The notes: a model not told the origin generated them from the letters alone. Positions 18,954 to 28,451 are shown, counted from the first letter of the stretch. The stretch is 64,000 nucleotides of DNA from an uncultured bacterium (GCA_963978095.1 CAXBQP010000005.1:1-64000); one strand, 5' to 3'. A program made the numbers and translations.

Positions 18954-19828
18954 AACATCGCCAGTTGCTTGAGGTCGTGGAGGGGTTCCTCGAACGAACA
19001 GGAACCAAAGGAGTTTGCAGCGTCAGCACGCGCACGCCGGATCTCCTCGACTGGCACGAACCAATCCCGCCAGCGGAAGCCGGCGTCATCCAGCTGGAAT
19101 GCCGAGGGGGCGCGCTCCTCCAGCAGGTCCACGAGCTCGTGCGTGGACAGCCCTCGCGCCACGAGCATGGACGCACCGATCACATTCAGGAACCCGAACA
19201 TCGTCCCCGACTCCGCGTGCGCATCGTACGTCAATCGATATTCGCCGCGCAGGGGATGGTGCAGACCCGCCGTCGCCTTGCATGGGATCCCCGCACGCCG
19301 GCACGATGACAAAAAGTGCGCAACGGCCGCCGCCGGAGGAAACGCCGCCGCGGTCACCCCACCCGTGCGGACTTTCGCCCGCAGTCCGTGGGCGGCGATC
19401 GCATCCACCAACGCGTCACACGAATCATCCAGCGGAATCTCCACGTACACCAGTCGGTCCGGCCCGGTCAGACGCGTCAGCGCGGCCACCTCATCGACGG
19501 TCGCCGCTTTGGCTTCGACCGTGTCGATGATCGCCAGTCCGTGCTGCTCCCGATCGAACGCGTCGATCGCGGTCGCGTCCGGCGCGCCCGCGAGTACCGA
19601 CAGCCGCCACGGCTCGCCACTCGTGATGCATGAGGCCGCCTCCGCACGGAACTCGGCAAGTCGTCCGACGGGCACGACGAAGCGGCCGAGTGCCCACGCC
19701 TCGGCACCCGCGCGGTAGCGCGCGTACGCCTGCACGGCATCACGCATGCTGAGTGCCGCTGGCGGAAAGAGGCCGGCATAGTCGATCAGCCCCGCCAGCA
19801 GTTCGTCGATCGCACGAGGACGTGGCAC
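18950..19828 (-). CDS. Conserved hypothetical protein coupled to fahA
   Basis: LIDYAGLFPPA, KVRTGG, KATAGLHHP, GFLNV, FGSCSFEEP; GTGA overlap with the fahA start; start GTG 19828 or 19834. Confidence 0.8.
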   Translation of the reverse strand: MPRPRAIDELLAGLIDYAGLFPPAALSMRDAVQAYARYRAGAEAWALGRFVVPVGRLAEFRAEAASCITSGEPWRLSVLAGAPDATAIDAFDREQHGLAIIDTVEAKAATVDEVAALTRLTGPDRLVYVEIPLDDSCDALVDAIAAHGLRAKVRTGGVTAAAFPPAAAVAHFLSSCRRAGIPCKATAGLHHPLRGEYRLTYDAHAESGTMFGFLNVIGASMLVARGLSTHELVDLLEERAPSAFQLDDAGFRWRDWFVPVEEIRRARADAANSFGSCSFEEPLHDLKQLAML

Positions 19829-19830
19829 TC

Positions 19831-21927
19831 TCACATCCGCGGCTTGGCGTCCAGGTACTTGCCGAGCCACCCGTGCATCTCCTGCCACCACAGCTGGGAA
19901 TTCTGCGGCTTCTGGATCCAATGCCCTTCGTCCGGAAAGACGACCATTCGGCTCGGTACGCCCTGCCGCTGCAAGGCGGTGAAGAGCGACAGTCCCTCCG
20001 TGTACGGGACGCGATAGTCGAGTTCGCCGTGGAACACGAGCGTGGGGGTCTTGAAATTCTTCGCGAACAGATGCGGCGAGAACTTGCGATACTGCTGCGC
20101 CATCGCCGTGCTGTTGTACCACGGCCCGCCGAACTCGCCGTCGATGAACCACTGCTCTTCCGTTGCGCCGGCCATCGACTCGAGGTTGAACACCCCGGCG
20201 TGCGACACGAGGGCCTTGAAGCGGTTCGTGTGCCCCGCGATCCAGTTCACCATGTAGCCGCCGTAGGAGCCGCCGGCCGCAGCCATTCGCGTCGAATCGA
20301 GCCAGGGATACTTCACCAAGGCCGCATCGACCCCTTTCATGAGGTCGTCGTAAGTCTTTCCTCCCCAATCCTTCGACACCGCATCCACGAACTTCTGACC
20401 GTAGCCGGTGCTTCCATGCGGGTTGATCATCACCACGCCGTAACCGCCGGCCGCGAAGAGTTGCGGCGCCCAGCGCGACCCCCACGAATCGAGCCACGCA
20501 CCCTGCGGGCCGCCATGCACGAGCAACAGCAACGGGAACTTCTGCCCCGGCTTCCACTGCGGCGGCTTCACCAGGAATCCGTGCACGCGGTCACCGCCGG
20601 CTCCCGTGTACCAGAAATCCTCGGCTGGATGCAACGCGAACGTCGCAATCGCCGCATCATTCTCGTGCGTGATCGCGTGCGCATTGTCGATGCCGCGATC
20701 ACCGAGCGTCCCCATCCACACTTCACCGGGAAGGTCCGCTGCGTCGCGCACCCACACGATGGTGCGCCCATCCCTGGAGAGCGACGGTGCGGTGTTGTTG
20801 TGTTCCGCGGTGACCGCGACCGGCGCCGAGGCTTTGCCGGCCGCATCGAGCACCACGCGGAAGAAGTGGTCGCGCCCACGATCGCCGGACTGAACGAGCA
20901 CCGTGTGTCCATCCGCGGCGGCCACGTACCCTTCGGCCCAACGATCCCACGATGGGGTCAGCTCGCGCGAGGTCCTGGCCGCGCGATCATACGCCATCAG
21001 GCGGAACCGATCGGATTCCAGCCCCCCGCGCTTCTGCGACGCGTACACGATGTAGCGACCATCCGCGGTGTACACCGGGTTCTGGTCGTTGCCGACATTC
21101 GCCGCCGTGATGACGGTGGACGCCCCGCCACTCACGGGCACGAGGTACAGGTTGTTGTCCGTCGTCCACGCGTCGGCACGGCCTTGATCCTTGGCAGTGT
21201 ATGCGAGTTCGCGCCCGTCCGGAGCGAACGCGTACCCTTCGCTCCCGCCGAACGGACCAGGCGGCACATCGTATCGGGCCCCGGGGATCAGATCGCGCGG
21301 CGCCTCAGCGAGCCCGACCACGAACAGATGCGACCGCGTGCCATCGTCGTACGCATTCCAGTGCCGGTACATCAGCGCGTCGGTCACGTGCGCCTTGACC
21401 GCGCGGTCCGCCACGGCCTTGGCCTTGGCCGCATTGCAGGCATCATCGCGGCACTCCGGATACACCGCCGACACGATGGCGATCCGATCCCCGGTCGGCG
21501 ACCAGACCGGACCCGTTGCGCCACCCGAAAGATGCGAGAGTTGACGCGCATCGCTGCCGTCCGCATTCGCGACCCACAACTGCCCGAGCGCCACGTACGC
21601 GACTTTCGATCCGTCGGGCGCCCATCGGGCTTCACTCGCCGCCGTCCGGTCGTCCGGGAACACGCGCGCCGCGCCGCCCGCGGTCGGCATCACGAATGTC
21701 CGCGTCGTCCGACGATTGGCCGACACATCGGTCGTCCGTACCGCGTACAGTACGCGCGCGCCATCGGGGGAAAGTTGCGGATCGCTCACCGCGCGGAGCG
21801 CCGAGAAATCCTCGAAGGTCAACACCTGTTTCCCCTGCGCCTGCAGGGGGGTGAACGCGGTGGCCCAGACGAGCAGCGCACCCGTCAGGACCGTCCACCG
21901 TCTCGATGCAGCGTGCATGAACATCAC
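19831..21927 (-). CDS. S9 family prolyl oligopeptidase/dipeptidyl-peptidase 5-like, exported
   Basis: PD40-like propeller repeats, HGGPQ, GGSYGG, GELDYRV, DEGH. Confidence 0.93.
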   Translation of the reverse strand: MMFMHAASRRWTVLTGALLVWATAFTPLQAQGKQVLTFEDFSALRAVSDPQLSPDGARVLYAVRTTDVSANRRTTRTFVMPTAGGAARVFPDDRTAASEARWAPDGSKVAYVALGQLWVANADGSDARQLSHLSGGATGPVWSPTGDRIAIVSAVYPECRDDACNAAKAKAVADRAVKAHVTDALMYRHWNAYDDGTRSHLFVVGLAEAPRDLIPGARYDVPPGPFGGSEGYAFAPDGRELAYTAKDQGRADAWTTDNNLYLVPVSGGASTVITAANVGNDQNPVYTADGRYIVYASQKRGGLESDRFRLMAYDRAARTSRELTPSWDRWAEGYVAAADGHTVLVQSGDRGRDHFFRVVLDAAGKASAPVAVTAEHNNTAPSLSRDGRTIVWVRDAADLPGEVWMGTLGDRGIDNAHAITHENDAAIATFALHPAEDFWYTGAGGDRVHGFLVKPPQWKPGQKFPLLLLVHGGPQGAWLDSWGSRWAPQLFAAGGYGVVMINPHGSTGYGQKFVDAVSKDWGGKTYDDLMKGVDAALVKYPWLDSTRMAAAGGSYGGYMVNWIAGHTNRFKALVSHAGVFNLESMAGATEEQWFIDGEFGGPWYNSTAMAQQYRKFSPHLFAKNFKTPTLVFHGELDYRVPYTEGLSLFTALQRQGVPSRMVVFPDEGHWIQKPQNSQLWWQEMHGWLGKYLDAKPRM

Positions 21928-22014
21928 CTCGCGGAAATCACCAGGGAAGCATCAGGAAAATGCGTCGAGTGGCAGAAACGCGGCCCGCGCCGCCTCCGCC
22001 GCTCGGTGTCTGCG

Positions 22015-23010
22015 TCATGTCGGACTCCCGGTCAGCGTCATGTCCCAGCGATGCGTCTCGCCAGGGGCGAGCCAGCGGGCGTTCCCGTCATCGACGGCAG
22101 CCGCCAAGGAGCCGAACGCGGAGAAACAGGGTTCGAGCGCGAAGTTGCAGTACGCCGCACGACGCCGCCTCGTGACGCGTGCCCACAGGGAGCGGCGCTT
22201 CGGGAATGGCGACCACCCGCCGCGATTCAACCAGAGTCCCACCCAGGGCGTCTGGGCGCCGTGCACCGTGAAGGCGAGCCGCACGCCCTCTTGTACGATG
22301 CCGAGCGTCGTGGGCTGTGGCGGCACGCCGACGAACAGCATGCATGCCTGCCCCCGCTCCAGGCCCACGAAGGGACGGGTCAGGTCGCGCGGCACCCCGC
22401 CGACCATCACGTGCGGCCAAACGCGCCCCTCGATCGGCGCGGCCGCTGTCCCACCGGCGACAGCCGCGTGCGGCATGCCATGGTGCGCGTCGATCCGGAT
22501 CGCCGCGCCTTCCGGAAGCTCGATGCGCGTATCCGGAGTCAGCGGAAAGAGCGGATGCGTCGCCCACTGGAACGGCCGCCGCTCGCTCCCGGTATTGGTC
22601 AGCGCGTACGCGAAGCGGACCGCCCCCGACGGGGTCACCGTCACCGTGCGCCGCGCAAGGAACGGATAGGCGCGGCCCGTCCACTCACAGGTCGCGCGCT
22701 GTCCGTCCGGGAGCGTTTCGATGGCCACCGCGGCGCGCTGCGACCACAGATCGCCGTGATCGACCAGCACGGCCGCATCCAACGTACACGGCGCGATGGT
22801 CGGCGCGCATTCATCCCATCCGCCGGAATCGGCGGCCAACACGTACGATGTCGCATCGGCCGGCGGCACCGCAAAGGGAATCTCCGGATTGTGCCACAGC
22901 CACTGGCGGCCGGCGATCGTCAGGTCCCGAATCCGGCCGCCGAGCGCTGGCAACAGGACCACGCGCGATCCCCCGCCATGCAACTCGGCGAATCCGAGCG
23001 CGTCAGCCAA
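22015..23010 (-). CDS. Galactose mutarotase/aldose 1-epimerase-like protein
   Basis: LPALGGRI, GGWDECAPTI, DHGDLW, WATHPL, FALEPC; TTG start overlaps the ispH stop. Confidence 0.75.
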   Translation of the reverse strand: MADALGFAELHGGGSRVVLLPALGGRIRDLTIAGRQWLWHNPEIPFAVPPADATSYVLAADSGGWDECAPTIAPCTLDAAVLVDHGDLWSQRAAVAIETLPDGQRATCEWTGRAYPFLARRTVTVTPSGAVRFAYALTNTGSERRPFQWATHPLFPLTPDTRIELPEGAAIRIDAHHGMPHAAVAGGTAAAPIEGRVWPHVMVGGVPRDLTRPFVGLERGQACMLFVGVPPQPTTLGIVQEGVRLAFTVHGAQTPWVGLWLNRGGWSPFPKRRSLWARVTRRRRAAYCNFALEPCFSAFGSLAAAVDDGNARWLAPGETHRWDMTLTGSPT

Positions 23011-24220
23011 TCGTGGCCGGGTCCACGCCCCGACTCGCAAAGACGCGCGCGACCGATTCCCCGATCTTGTTGTTCGGCGTACTCGCTCCCGCGGTGAGCC
23101 CCACGCGGATCGGCCCTTCCTTGGCCAGCCACCCCGCGGTCTCGATCTCCGTCGTGGTGCCGGGTGCCATGTGACGCACCGACCCACGCTCGACATCCAG
23201 GCACGACGCATCCGCCACGTGATACGTCGTGACCCGCTCCGCACACAGCGCCGCGAGCGAAATGGTGTTGCTCGAGTTGTAGCCGCCGACCACGAGCATC
23301 ACGTCGAGTGGTTCGCGCAGCAGTTCGTTCACGGCATCCTGACGATCCTGCGTGGCACTGCAGATCGTATCGAAGGTGCGGAAGTGCTCACGCACCGCCG
23401 CCTCCCCGTAACGACGTGCCATCGCCTGCCCGACCTCCACGCCGATCGCCAGCGATTCGCGCGCGAGCATCGTCGTCTGGTTGGCCACGCCGATGCGCTG
23501 CAGATGCACATCCGGGTCGAAGTGCGGACTCGCGCATTTCGCGTACTTGGAGAGGAAGGCATCCCGCGACATCCCGCGCCCTTCGATGTAGGCGCACACC
23601 TCCTGCGCCTGCTCCATGTTGCGCACCACCAGGTAGCTGCCGCCGGGATACCGCTCCACCTGCGACGCCGTCGCACGCGTTTCCTCATGGTAGTACTTGC
23701 CATGGATCAGCGACGTGTAGCCGTCACGTGCGTACGCATCCACCCGCTTCCACACATTCAGCACCGAGCCGCAGGTGGTGTCGACCATCACACACCCGAT
23801 GGTACGGAGCGTCTCGAAATCCCCGATCGTCACGCCGAACGCCGGGAGGATCACCACGTGCTCCGGGCGCACCTGGGAGTAATCGAACCCCGTGTCGCTG
23901 GCCGAGAGGAACTCGATCCCCATCTCGCTCAGCTTGTTGTTGACATGCGGGTTGTGGATGATCTCCCCCGCCAGGAAGATCCGGCGGTCCGGAAACTTGG
24001 CACGCGCCTGGTACGCGTATTCCACCGCACGCTCCACGCCGTAGCAGAAGCCGAACTCCTTGGCCAAGCGCACGGTGACCCCCCCGGCATCGAGCGTGTA
24101 GTCGCGCGAGCGGAGGAGATCCACCAGGCGACCGGTATAGTCGCTGGCGAGCGAGTCCTGGATCTCGGACTTGAGCCCGAATCCCTTGCGGTAATAAGTG
24201 GAGGGATCGCTGGTCGGCAT
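23003..24220 (-). CDS. ispH: 4-hydroxy-3-methylbut-2-enyl diphosphate reductase
   Basis: FGFCYGVERA, IIHNPHV, DTTC, HEET, NQTT, TICSATQDRQ, SSNT, TAGASTP. Confidence 0.96.
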   Translation of the reverse strand: MPTSDPSTYYRKGFGLKSEIQDSLASDYTGRLVDLLRSRDYTLDAGGVTVRLAKEFGFCYGVERAVEYAYQARAKFPDRRIFLAGEIIHNPHVNNKLSEMGIEFLSASDTGFDYSQVRPEHVVILPAFGVTIGDFETLRTIGCVMVDTTCGSVLNVWKRVDAYARDGYTSLIHGKYYHEETRATASQVERYPGGSYLVVRNMEQAQEVCAYIEGRGMSRDAFLSKYAKCASPHFDPDVHLQRIGVANQTTMLARESLAIGVEVGQAMARRYGEAAVREHFRTFDTICSATQDRQDAVNELLREPLDVMLVVGGYNSSNTISLAALCAERVTTYHVADASCLDVERGSVRHMAPGTTTEIETAGWLAKEGPIRVGLTAGASTPNNKIGESVARVFASRGVDPATIG

Positions 24221-24285
24221 CGTCGGGGAAAGATAGCCGGAACGGAGGGATTCTGCCGCGCCCCGGTGGGGCGGCGACGCCCCCG

Positions 24286-24735
24286 TCACGCACTGAGCCG
24301 CAACAACCGCTCCCGCACATCGTCCGGGAGCGGCTGCGGAGTCATGGACTCCTTGTGGACGCTCACGACCGTCAACGCGCCACTGGCCCGGTGCAGCAAG
24401 TCCTCCGCGCGGTGCACGTCGAACCGGATCGTGATCGCCGTCCGGCCGATTCGCGCGAACCAGCTCCGGATCACCACGGCTTCGTCGAGTTCCGCCGGCG
24501 AGTGGAACTCCATCTCGAGCGCCTTGCGCGGGATCCAGACGCCGCGCCCCAGGCGAAGCTCGCGGAAGGGAAGCCCCGCCGCCCGAAACAACTCCTCCTC
24601 TCCGACCTGAAAGAGTCGAATGTACGCCCCGTAATAGATGATCCCGAACGGATCGCTGTCGCTCCAGCGCACCCGCTCCGGCGTCTCCACCGCACAGGCC
24701 GGCGGCGGCGCATGCAACAACGATTGACGGGTCAT
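24286..24735 (-). CDS. Acyl-CoA thioesterase (YbgC/FadM hotdog family)
   Basis: VRWSDSDPFGIIYYGAY motif; AGGAAGG before ATG 24735. Confidence 0.88.
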   Translation of the reverse strand: MTRQSLLHAPPPACAVETPERVRWSDSDPFGIIYYGAYIRLFQVGEEELFRAAGLPFRELRLGRGVWIPRKALEMEFHSPAELDEAVVIRSWFARIGRTAITIRFDVHRAEDLLHRASGALTVVSVHKESMTPQPLPDDVRERLLRLSA

Positions 24736-24941
24736 GGCTGTCCTTCCTGGCGGTTCATGGTAGGGGAAACCCCTATACTGGGTACGCAGGTTGTCCGACA
24801 CCTTGGACACCACCAACCGATACCCTACGGAGGCAGTGGTCTCGTGTCCGACCGGCACGCCTTTCCTCCATTATACGCGCGGAACTCCGTGACTGCGTAT
24901 CCCAACGTGCTCGCCCTGCCGATCGCCGCCGCCGACTCCGC

Positions 24942-25481
24942 TCAGCCCCAGTATGCCGGCGTGAGAAACGGGGCGAGTGCGTACGTCACCAGGACCTCAT
25001 ACGCCCGCTGCCGATCCACCAGCCCGGCGGTCAGGATCCCGACGGCCCCGGCCCCGTGCTTGGTGTTGTGCTGCGCGACCAGCGCGTCCATGGCGTGGCC
25101 CAACTCCATGCCCGACCGGACCATGGCCGCGACACTCGGCGGCAACGGCATCGCCAGCGAGCCGCCCGTCCCGACGCGGCCGGTTCGGTCGACCACCACC
25201 GCCCACGCGCAGCACCGCATCCCCGAGGTACTGTCCACGCAGCCCCCCTCGATCCCCACCGCCAGGTCCGCACCGGTGGCGGCAAGTGCCGCGTCCGCCC
25301 GATTGCGTGCCCCCCGGATCGTCTCCTCGTCGCCCATTGGCTGGTCGGGGACCTGCGACGGCACGGAAATGCTGGTAACGTGTGCATGGGCCGTGAGAGG
25401 TTCGAGCACGGCGCGCGCTGCCGCTACCTTCACGGGGTTCGTGGAGCCGACGGCGATGGTGCGGATGTCGGAGAGCAGCAT
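24942..25481 (-). CDS. yjjX: Inosine/xanthosine triphosphatase (non-canonical purine NTPase)
   Basis: VGSTNPVK, VPDQPMG, GARNRA, GIEGG, GAVGILT. Confidence 0.88.
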   Translation of the reverse strand: MLLSDIRTIAVGSTNPVKVAAARAVLEPLTAHAHVTSISVPSQVPDQPMGDEETIRGARNRADAALAATGADLAVGIEGGCVDSTSGMRCCAWAVVVDRTGRVGTGGSLAMPLPPSVAAMVRSGMELGHAMDALVAQHNTKHGAGAVGILTAGLVDRQRAYEVLVTYALAPFLTPAYWG

Positions 25482-25577
25482 GGGTTCGCAGGTCCAGTTC
25501 GAGAAACGACGACGCCTGGTCGATGGCGTCCCGAAACTTACGTCGAGATTCCCTACCCCTTACACCCCGATCCAGTC

Positions 25578-26237
25578 ATGACGTCCATCCTCCCGCCCGT
25601 CGCGACCGTCCTCGAGTCGACACCGGATTCGCTGATTTTCGTCGGGGAGCGACTCTGGCTCGATTTCGTCAACAGTGACGACGCGGTCCGCTCGCGCCGT
25701 CCTGGCCGGAACGACGCCCTCGACTCCTTCGACGGCTTCATCGGATGGCTCTCGGCCGCTCGCGTCCTCGACGCGGAACGGTCGGCCGCCATGCGCCGCC
25801 GCGCGCACCAACAACCCACCGCCGCGAGCGCCGCGGTCCACGAGGCACGACGCATCCGGAACGTCCTGCGGGCGCTCGCCGAGAAGGGCACCGACCCGAA
25901 CGACCGGGCCACGCAACTGGCCATCGGCGAGATCAACCGCATCCTCGGCCGGAGCGCGGGCACGCGCCGCGTGGAACCGCGGGCCGACGGCGGATTCGTG
26001 CGCAACTTCGTCACCGTCGGCGATGTGTTCGCCGGCCTGTTGATCCCCGTGATCGAGTCCGCGGCCGACGCGCTCGTCTCGGGCGAACTGCTGCGCGTCC
26101 GCCGATGCGCCGACGTCCGCTGCGCGCGGGTCTTCTTCGATGCCAGCCGCAACGGCAAGCGCCGCTGGTGCGACATGGCGACCTGCGGCAACCGCGCCAA
26201 GGCCGCGCGGCACCGCGTCAAGCTCAAGCGGGGGTGA
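25578..26237 (+). CDS. ABATE/CGNR zinc-finger protein (DUF1470)
   Basis: LWLDFVNS; CADVRC...FFDASRNGKRRWCDMATCGNRAK. Confidence 0.93.
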   Translation: MTSILPPVATVLESTPDSLIFVGERLWLDFVNSDDAVRSRRPGRNDALDSFDGFIGWLSAARVLDAERSAAMRRRAHQQPTAASAAVHEARRIRNVLRALAEKGTDPNDRATQLAIGEINRILGRSAGTRRVEPRADGGFVRNFVTVGDVFAGLLIPVIESAADALVSGELLRVRRCADVRCARVFFDASRNGKRRWCDMATCGNRAKAARHRVKLKRG

Positions 26238-26874
26238 GCACCGCCGCGTCGTCCGTCACCACGTCCTCGTCCAGCGCACGGGCCGCCGCCTGCGCGTCAC
26301 GCGGCTTGATGTATCCCATCTCCACCGCGTAGCCCACCAGCTCCTTCTGCAGGATACGACGGCCGCGGAACAGCCGTGACTTCACCGTGCCTTCCGGCAC
26401 CTGCAAGACCTCGGCGATCTCCGCGTACCGCATGCCGTGCAGGTCGCTCATGACGACCGCCGCCCGATACTCGTCCGGGAGATTGGCGAGCGCCCCCGTG
26501 ATTTCCTCGTCGAGGAAGGAATCGTAGAACGCCCCTTCCGGGTTCGCATCGCCCACCGCGTTCATCAACGCCCAGCCATCCTCGTCCTCCGGCGCCTGCA
26601 CCTCGCGGGCGTCCACCCGGCGCTTGCGGCTCACGAACACATGGTACAGGATCGTGAACAGCCACGCGCGGATGTTCGTCCCGAGCCGGTACTGCTCCCA
26701 CCGCTGGAACGCGCGGAGCATGGTGTCCGACACCAGATCCTCGGCGTCGTCACGGGCCTTGGTGAGCTTCAGCGCAAAGCTGTACAACGCTTCGAGCTGG
26801 GCGAGTGCTTCCTGGTCAAACCGGGCGCGCTGCGGATCGCGCGGCGCGAGCCCCGTCAAAACGTTGGCGGTCAT
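26224..26874 (-). CDS. ECF sigma-70 factor (SigH/SigR-like)
   Basis: DAEDLVSDT, GTNIRAWLFTI, YAEIAEVLQVPEGTVKSRLFRGR. Confidence 0.93.
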   Translation of the reverse strand: MTANVLTGLAPRDPQRARFDQEALAQLEALYSFALKLTKARDDAEDLVSDTMLRAFQRWEQYRLGTNIRAWLFTILYHVFVSRKRRVDAREVQAPEDEDGWALMNAVGDANPEGAFYDSFLDEEITGALANLPDEYRAAVVMSDLHGMRYAEIAEVLQVPEGTVKSRLFRGRRILQKELVGYAVEMGYIKPRDAQAAARALDEDVVTDDAAVLTPA

Positions 26875-27467
26875 TGAACGGTCATGGGCTTCTGGTGACT
26901 GGCGACGAACCGCTTGAGATCCAATCCGACTCCCTGCACGATGCCAACCTCCCGCTTCATGCGGGCCATCTGCGTCGCCCCCTCAAGGGTCGAGATGATG
27001 AACCGCGCGAGCCGCTGCGACGACACATCCGGGCTCAGGTCGTCCTGCGCTTCCTCGATCACGGTCTGCAGTTGGCCGCTCCACACGCGGAACATTTGCG
27101 CGATCCGGAGGCGAAACCCCTCATCGAGGTCACCCATCTCGGTCGCCAAGGCGCCGAACGGCGACCGGCACCGATCCGGTGCCTCCAGCTGCAGCTCGAC
27201 GATGGCATCGATGAACGCATACAACCGCTCCATCGGCGGACGCATCGCGTCGCGCAGGATCGCGAGGCCGCGCTCCGCGACCAGGTCGAACTGCCGCGTG
27301 ATGACCTCATGTCCAAGCTGCTCCTTGGACGAGAAGTAGTGGTAGAAGTGGCTCTTGCCACTCAGTCCCGCACAGCTGATCAGCTCATCCACCGAGGTCT
27401 TGGCAAAGCCCTTGGTGCCGATGAGGTCAGCGGCCGCGTCGAGGATCTGTAAGCGTCGAGTGTTCAC
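26871..27467 (-). CDS. TetR family transcriptional regulator (NemR/YxaF-like)
   Basis: N-terminal HTH GFAKTSVDELI...FYHYFSSKEQL; SPFGALATE and STLEGA C-terminal motifs; ATGA overlap with the sigma gene. Confidence 0.9.
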   Translation of the reverse strand: MNTRRLQILDAAADLIGTKGFAKTSVDELISCAGLSGKSHFYHYFSSKEQLGHEVITRQFDLVAERGLAILRDAMRPPMERLYAFIDAIVELQLEAPDRCRSPFGALATEMGDLDEGFRLRIAQMFRVWSGQLQTVIEEAQDDLSPDVSSQRLARFIISTLEGATQMARMKREVGIVQGVGLDLKRFVASHQKPMTVQ

Positions 27468-27476
27468 GACCTGAAA

Positions 27477-27496
27477 TTAGGACTATCGAGTCCTAA
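27477..27496. promoter_or_regulatory. Palindromic operator 1 (probable TetR site)
   Basis: TTAGGACT-ATCG-AGTCCTAA perfect inverted repeat, about 10 bp upstream of the TetR start. Confidence 0.75.
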
Positions 27497-27556
27497 AAAC
27501 AAGTGGAACACTCGGAATTGCTATAACACTATACAATACATAGAGTTACCATCAAC

Positions 27557-27574
27557 TAGGACCAAACGGTCCTA
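27557..27574. promoter_or_regulatory. Palindromic operator 2 (probable TetR site)
   Basis: TAGGACC-AAAC-GGTCCTA; same TAGGAC-N6-GTCCTA consensus as operator 1. Confidence 0.7.
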
Positions 27575-27578
27575 CGTG

Positions 27579-28451
27579 TCAGACCGTGCAGAGTTCTGCC
27601 GCCTGACGGAGCGACACCATCGGATCACGGCGCGGCACGAACTCATGCGCGAAATACCCGCCGTAACCCGCGTCGGCGATCACCTGCGCCACGCGACGGT
27701 AGTTCAGCTCCTGCGTCTCGTCGATCTCGTTCCGTCCCGGCACGCCGCCGGTGTGGAAGTGCCCGATGTACGGAAGGTTCGCCTTGATCGTGTCGATGAC
27801 GTTCCCCTCCATGATCTGCATGTGGTAGATGTCGAACAGCAGCTTCACGCGCGGTGAGCCCACCCCCTTCACCACCGCCGCGCCGAAGGCGGTGCTGTCG
27901 GCCTGATAGTCCTTGTGATCCACCTTGCTGTTCAGCAACTCGAGGCAGAGCGTCACCCCGTGCTTTTCGGCGAGCGGTGCCAACCGCTTCAGCCCGACGA
28001 TGCAGTTCCCCACCCCCTCGGCGTCGCCCATCCCGCCGCGGTTGCCGCTGAAGCACACGATGTTCGGCACCCCGGCCGCCGCGGCCGCGGGGATCATCCG
28101 CTCGGCGTCGGCCACGAGCTGGTCGTGCTGGTTCGGTCGGTTGAAGCCCTTGGGGATCGTGCCGAATCCATTGGCCATGGCGCATACGAGCCCGTGCTGC
28201 TTGGGCACGAGCCAGTCCTTTTCGTCGAGCAGGTCGATCGCCGCCAAGCCCATTCCCTTGGCGGCGATGCACAACTCATCGAGCGTGCTCCGGCCGTAGC
28301 ACCACCGGCTGACGCTCTGCTTGAGCCGACCGGCGCGGACCTGCACCGCGCGCATCGGTTCACCCGCTCCCGTTGCACGCGCGGCAGACACCGGGACAGC
28401 GCCCATCACCGCCGCGCCGGCGAGCGCACTCAGCGCATCACGCCGCTTCAC
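27579..28451 (-). CDS. Tat-exported hydroxypyruvate isomerase-like TIM-barrel protein (xylose isomerase-like/AP endonuclease 2 family)
   Basis: KRRDAL Tat motif, LKQSVSRWC, ELLNSKVDH, FDIYHMQIMEG, HFHTGGVPGR, HEF; GTGA overlap with the upstream gene. Confidence 0.88.
   Translation of the reverse strand: MKRRDALSALAGAAVMGAVPVSAARATGAGEPMRAVQVRAGRLKQSVSRWCYGRSTLDELCIAAKGMGLAAIDLLDEKDWLVPKQHGLVCAMANGFGTIPKGFNRPNQHDQLVADAERMIPAAAAAGVPNIVCFSGNRGGMGDAEGVGNCIVGLKRLAPLAEKHGVTLCLELLNSKVDHKDYQADSTAFGAAVVKGVGSPRVKLLFDIYHMQIMEGNVIDTIKANLPYIGHFHTGGVPGRNEIDETQELNYRRVAQVIADAGYGGYFAHEFVPRRDPMVSLRQAAELCTV

Noticed and set aside
19835..20557. Apparent N-terminal extension of the fahA-linked ORF (same issue for 28452-29456, 36139-36564 and 15568-15957)
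   Set aside because: Out-of-frame overlap with complete upstream genes; coupled or nearby starts explain the real genes, and I saw no frameshift signal.
26721..26735. Perfect palindrome TGGTGTC-C-GACACCA
   Set aside because: Lies in the conserved LVSDT coding segment of the ECF sigma; likely coincidental.
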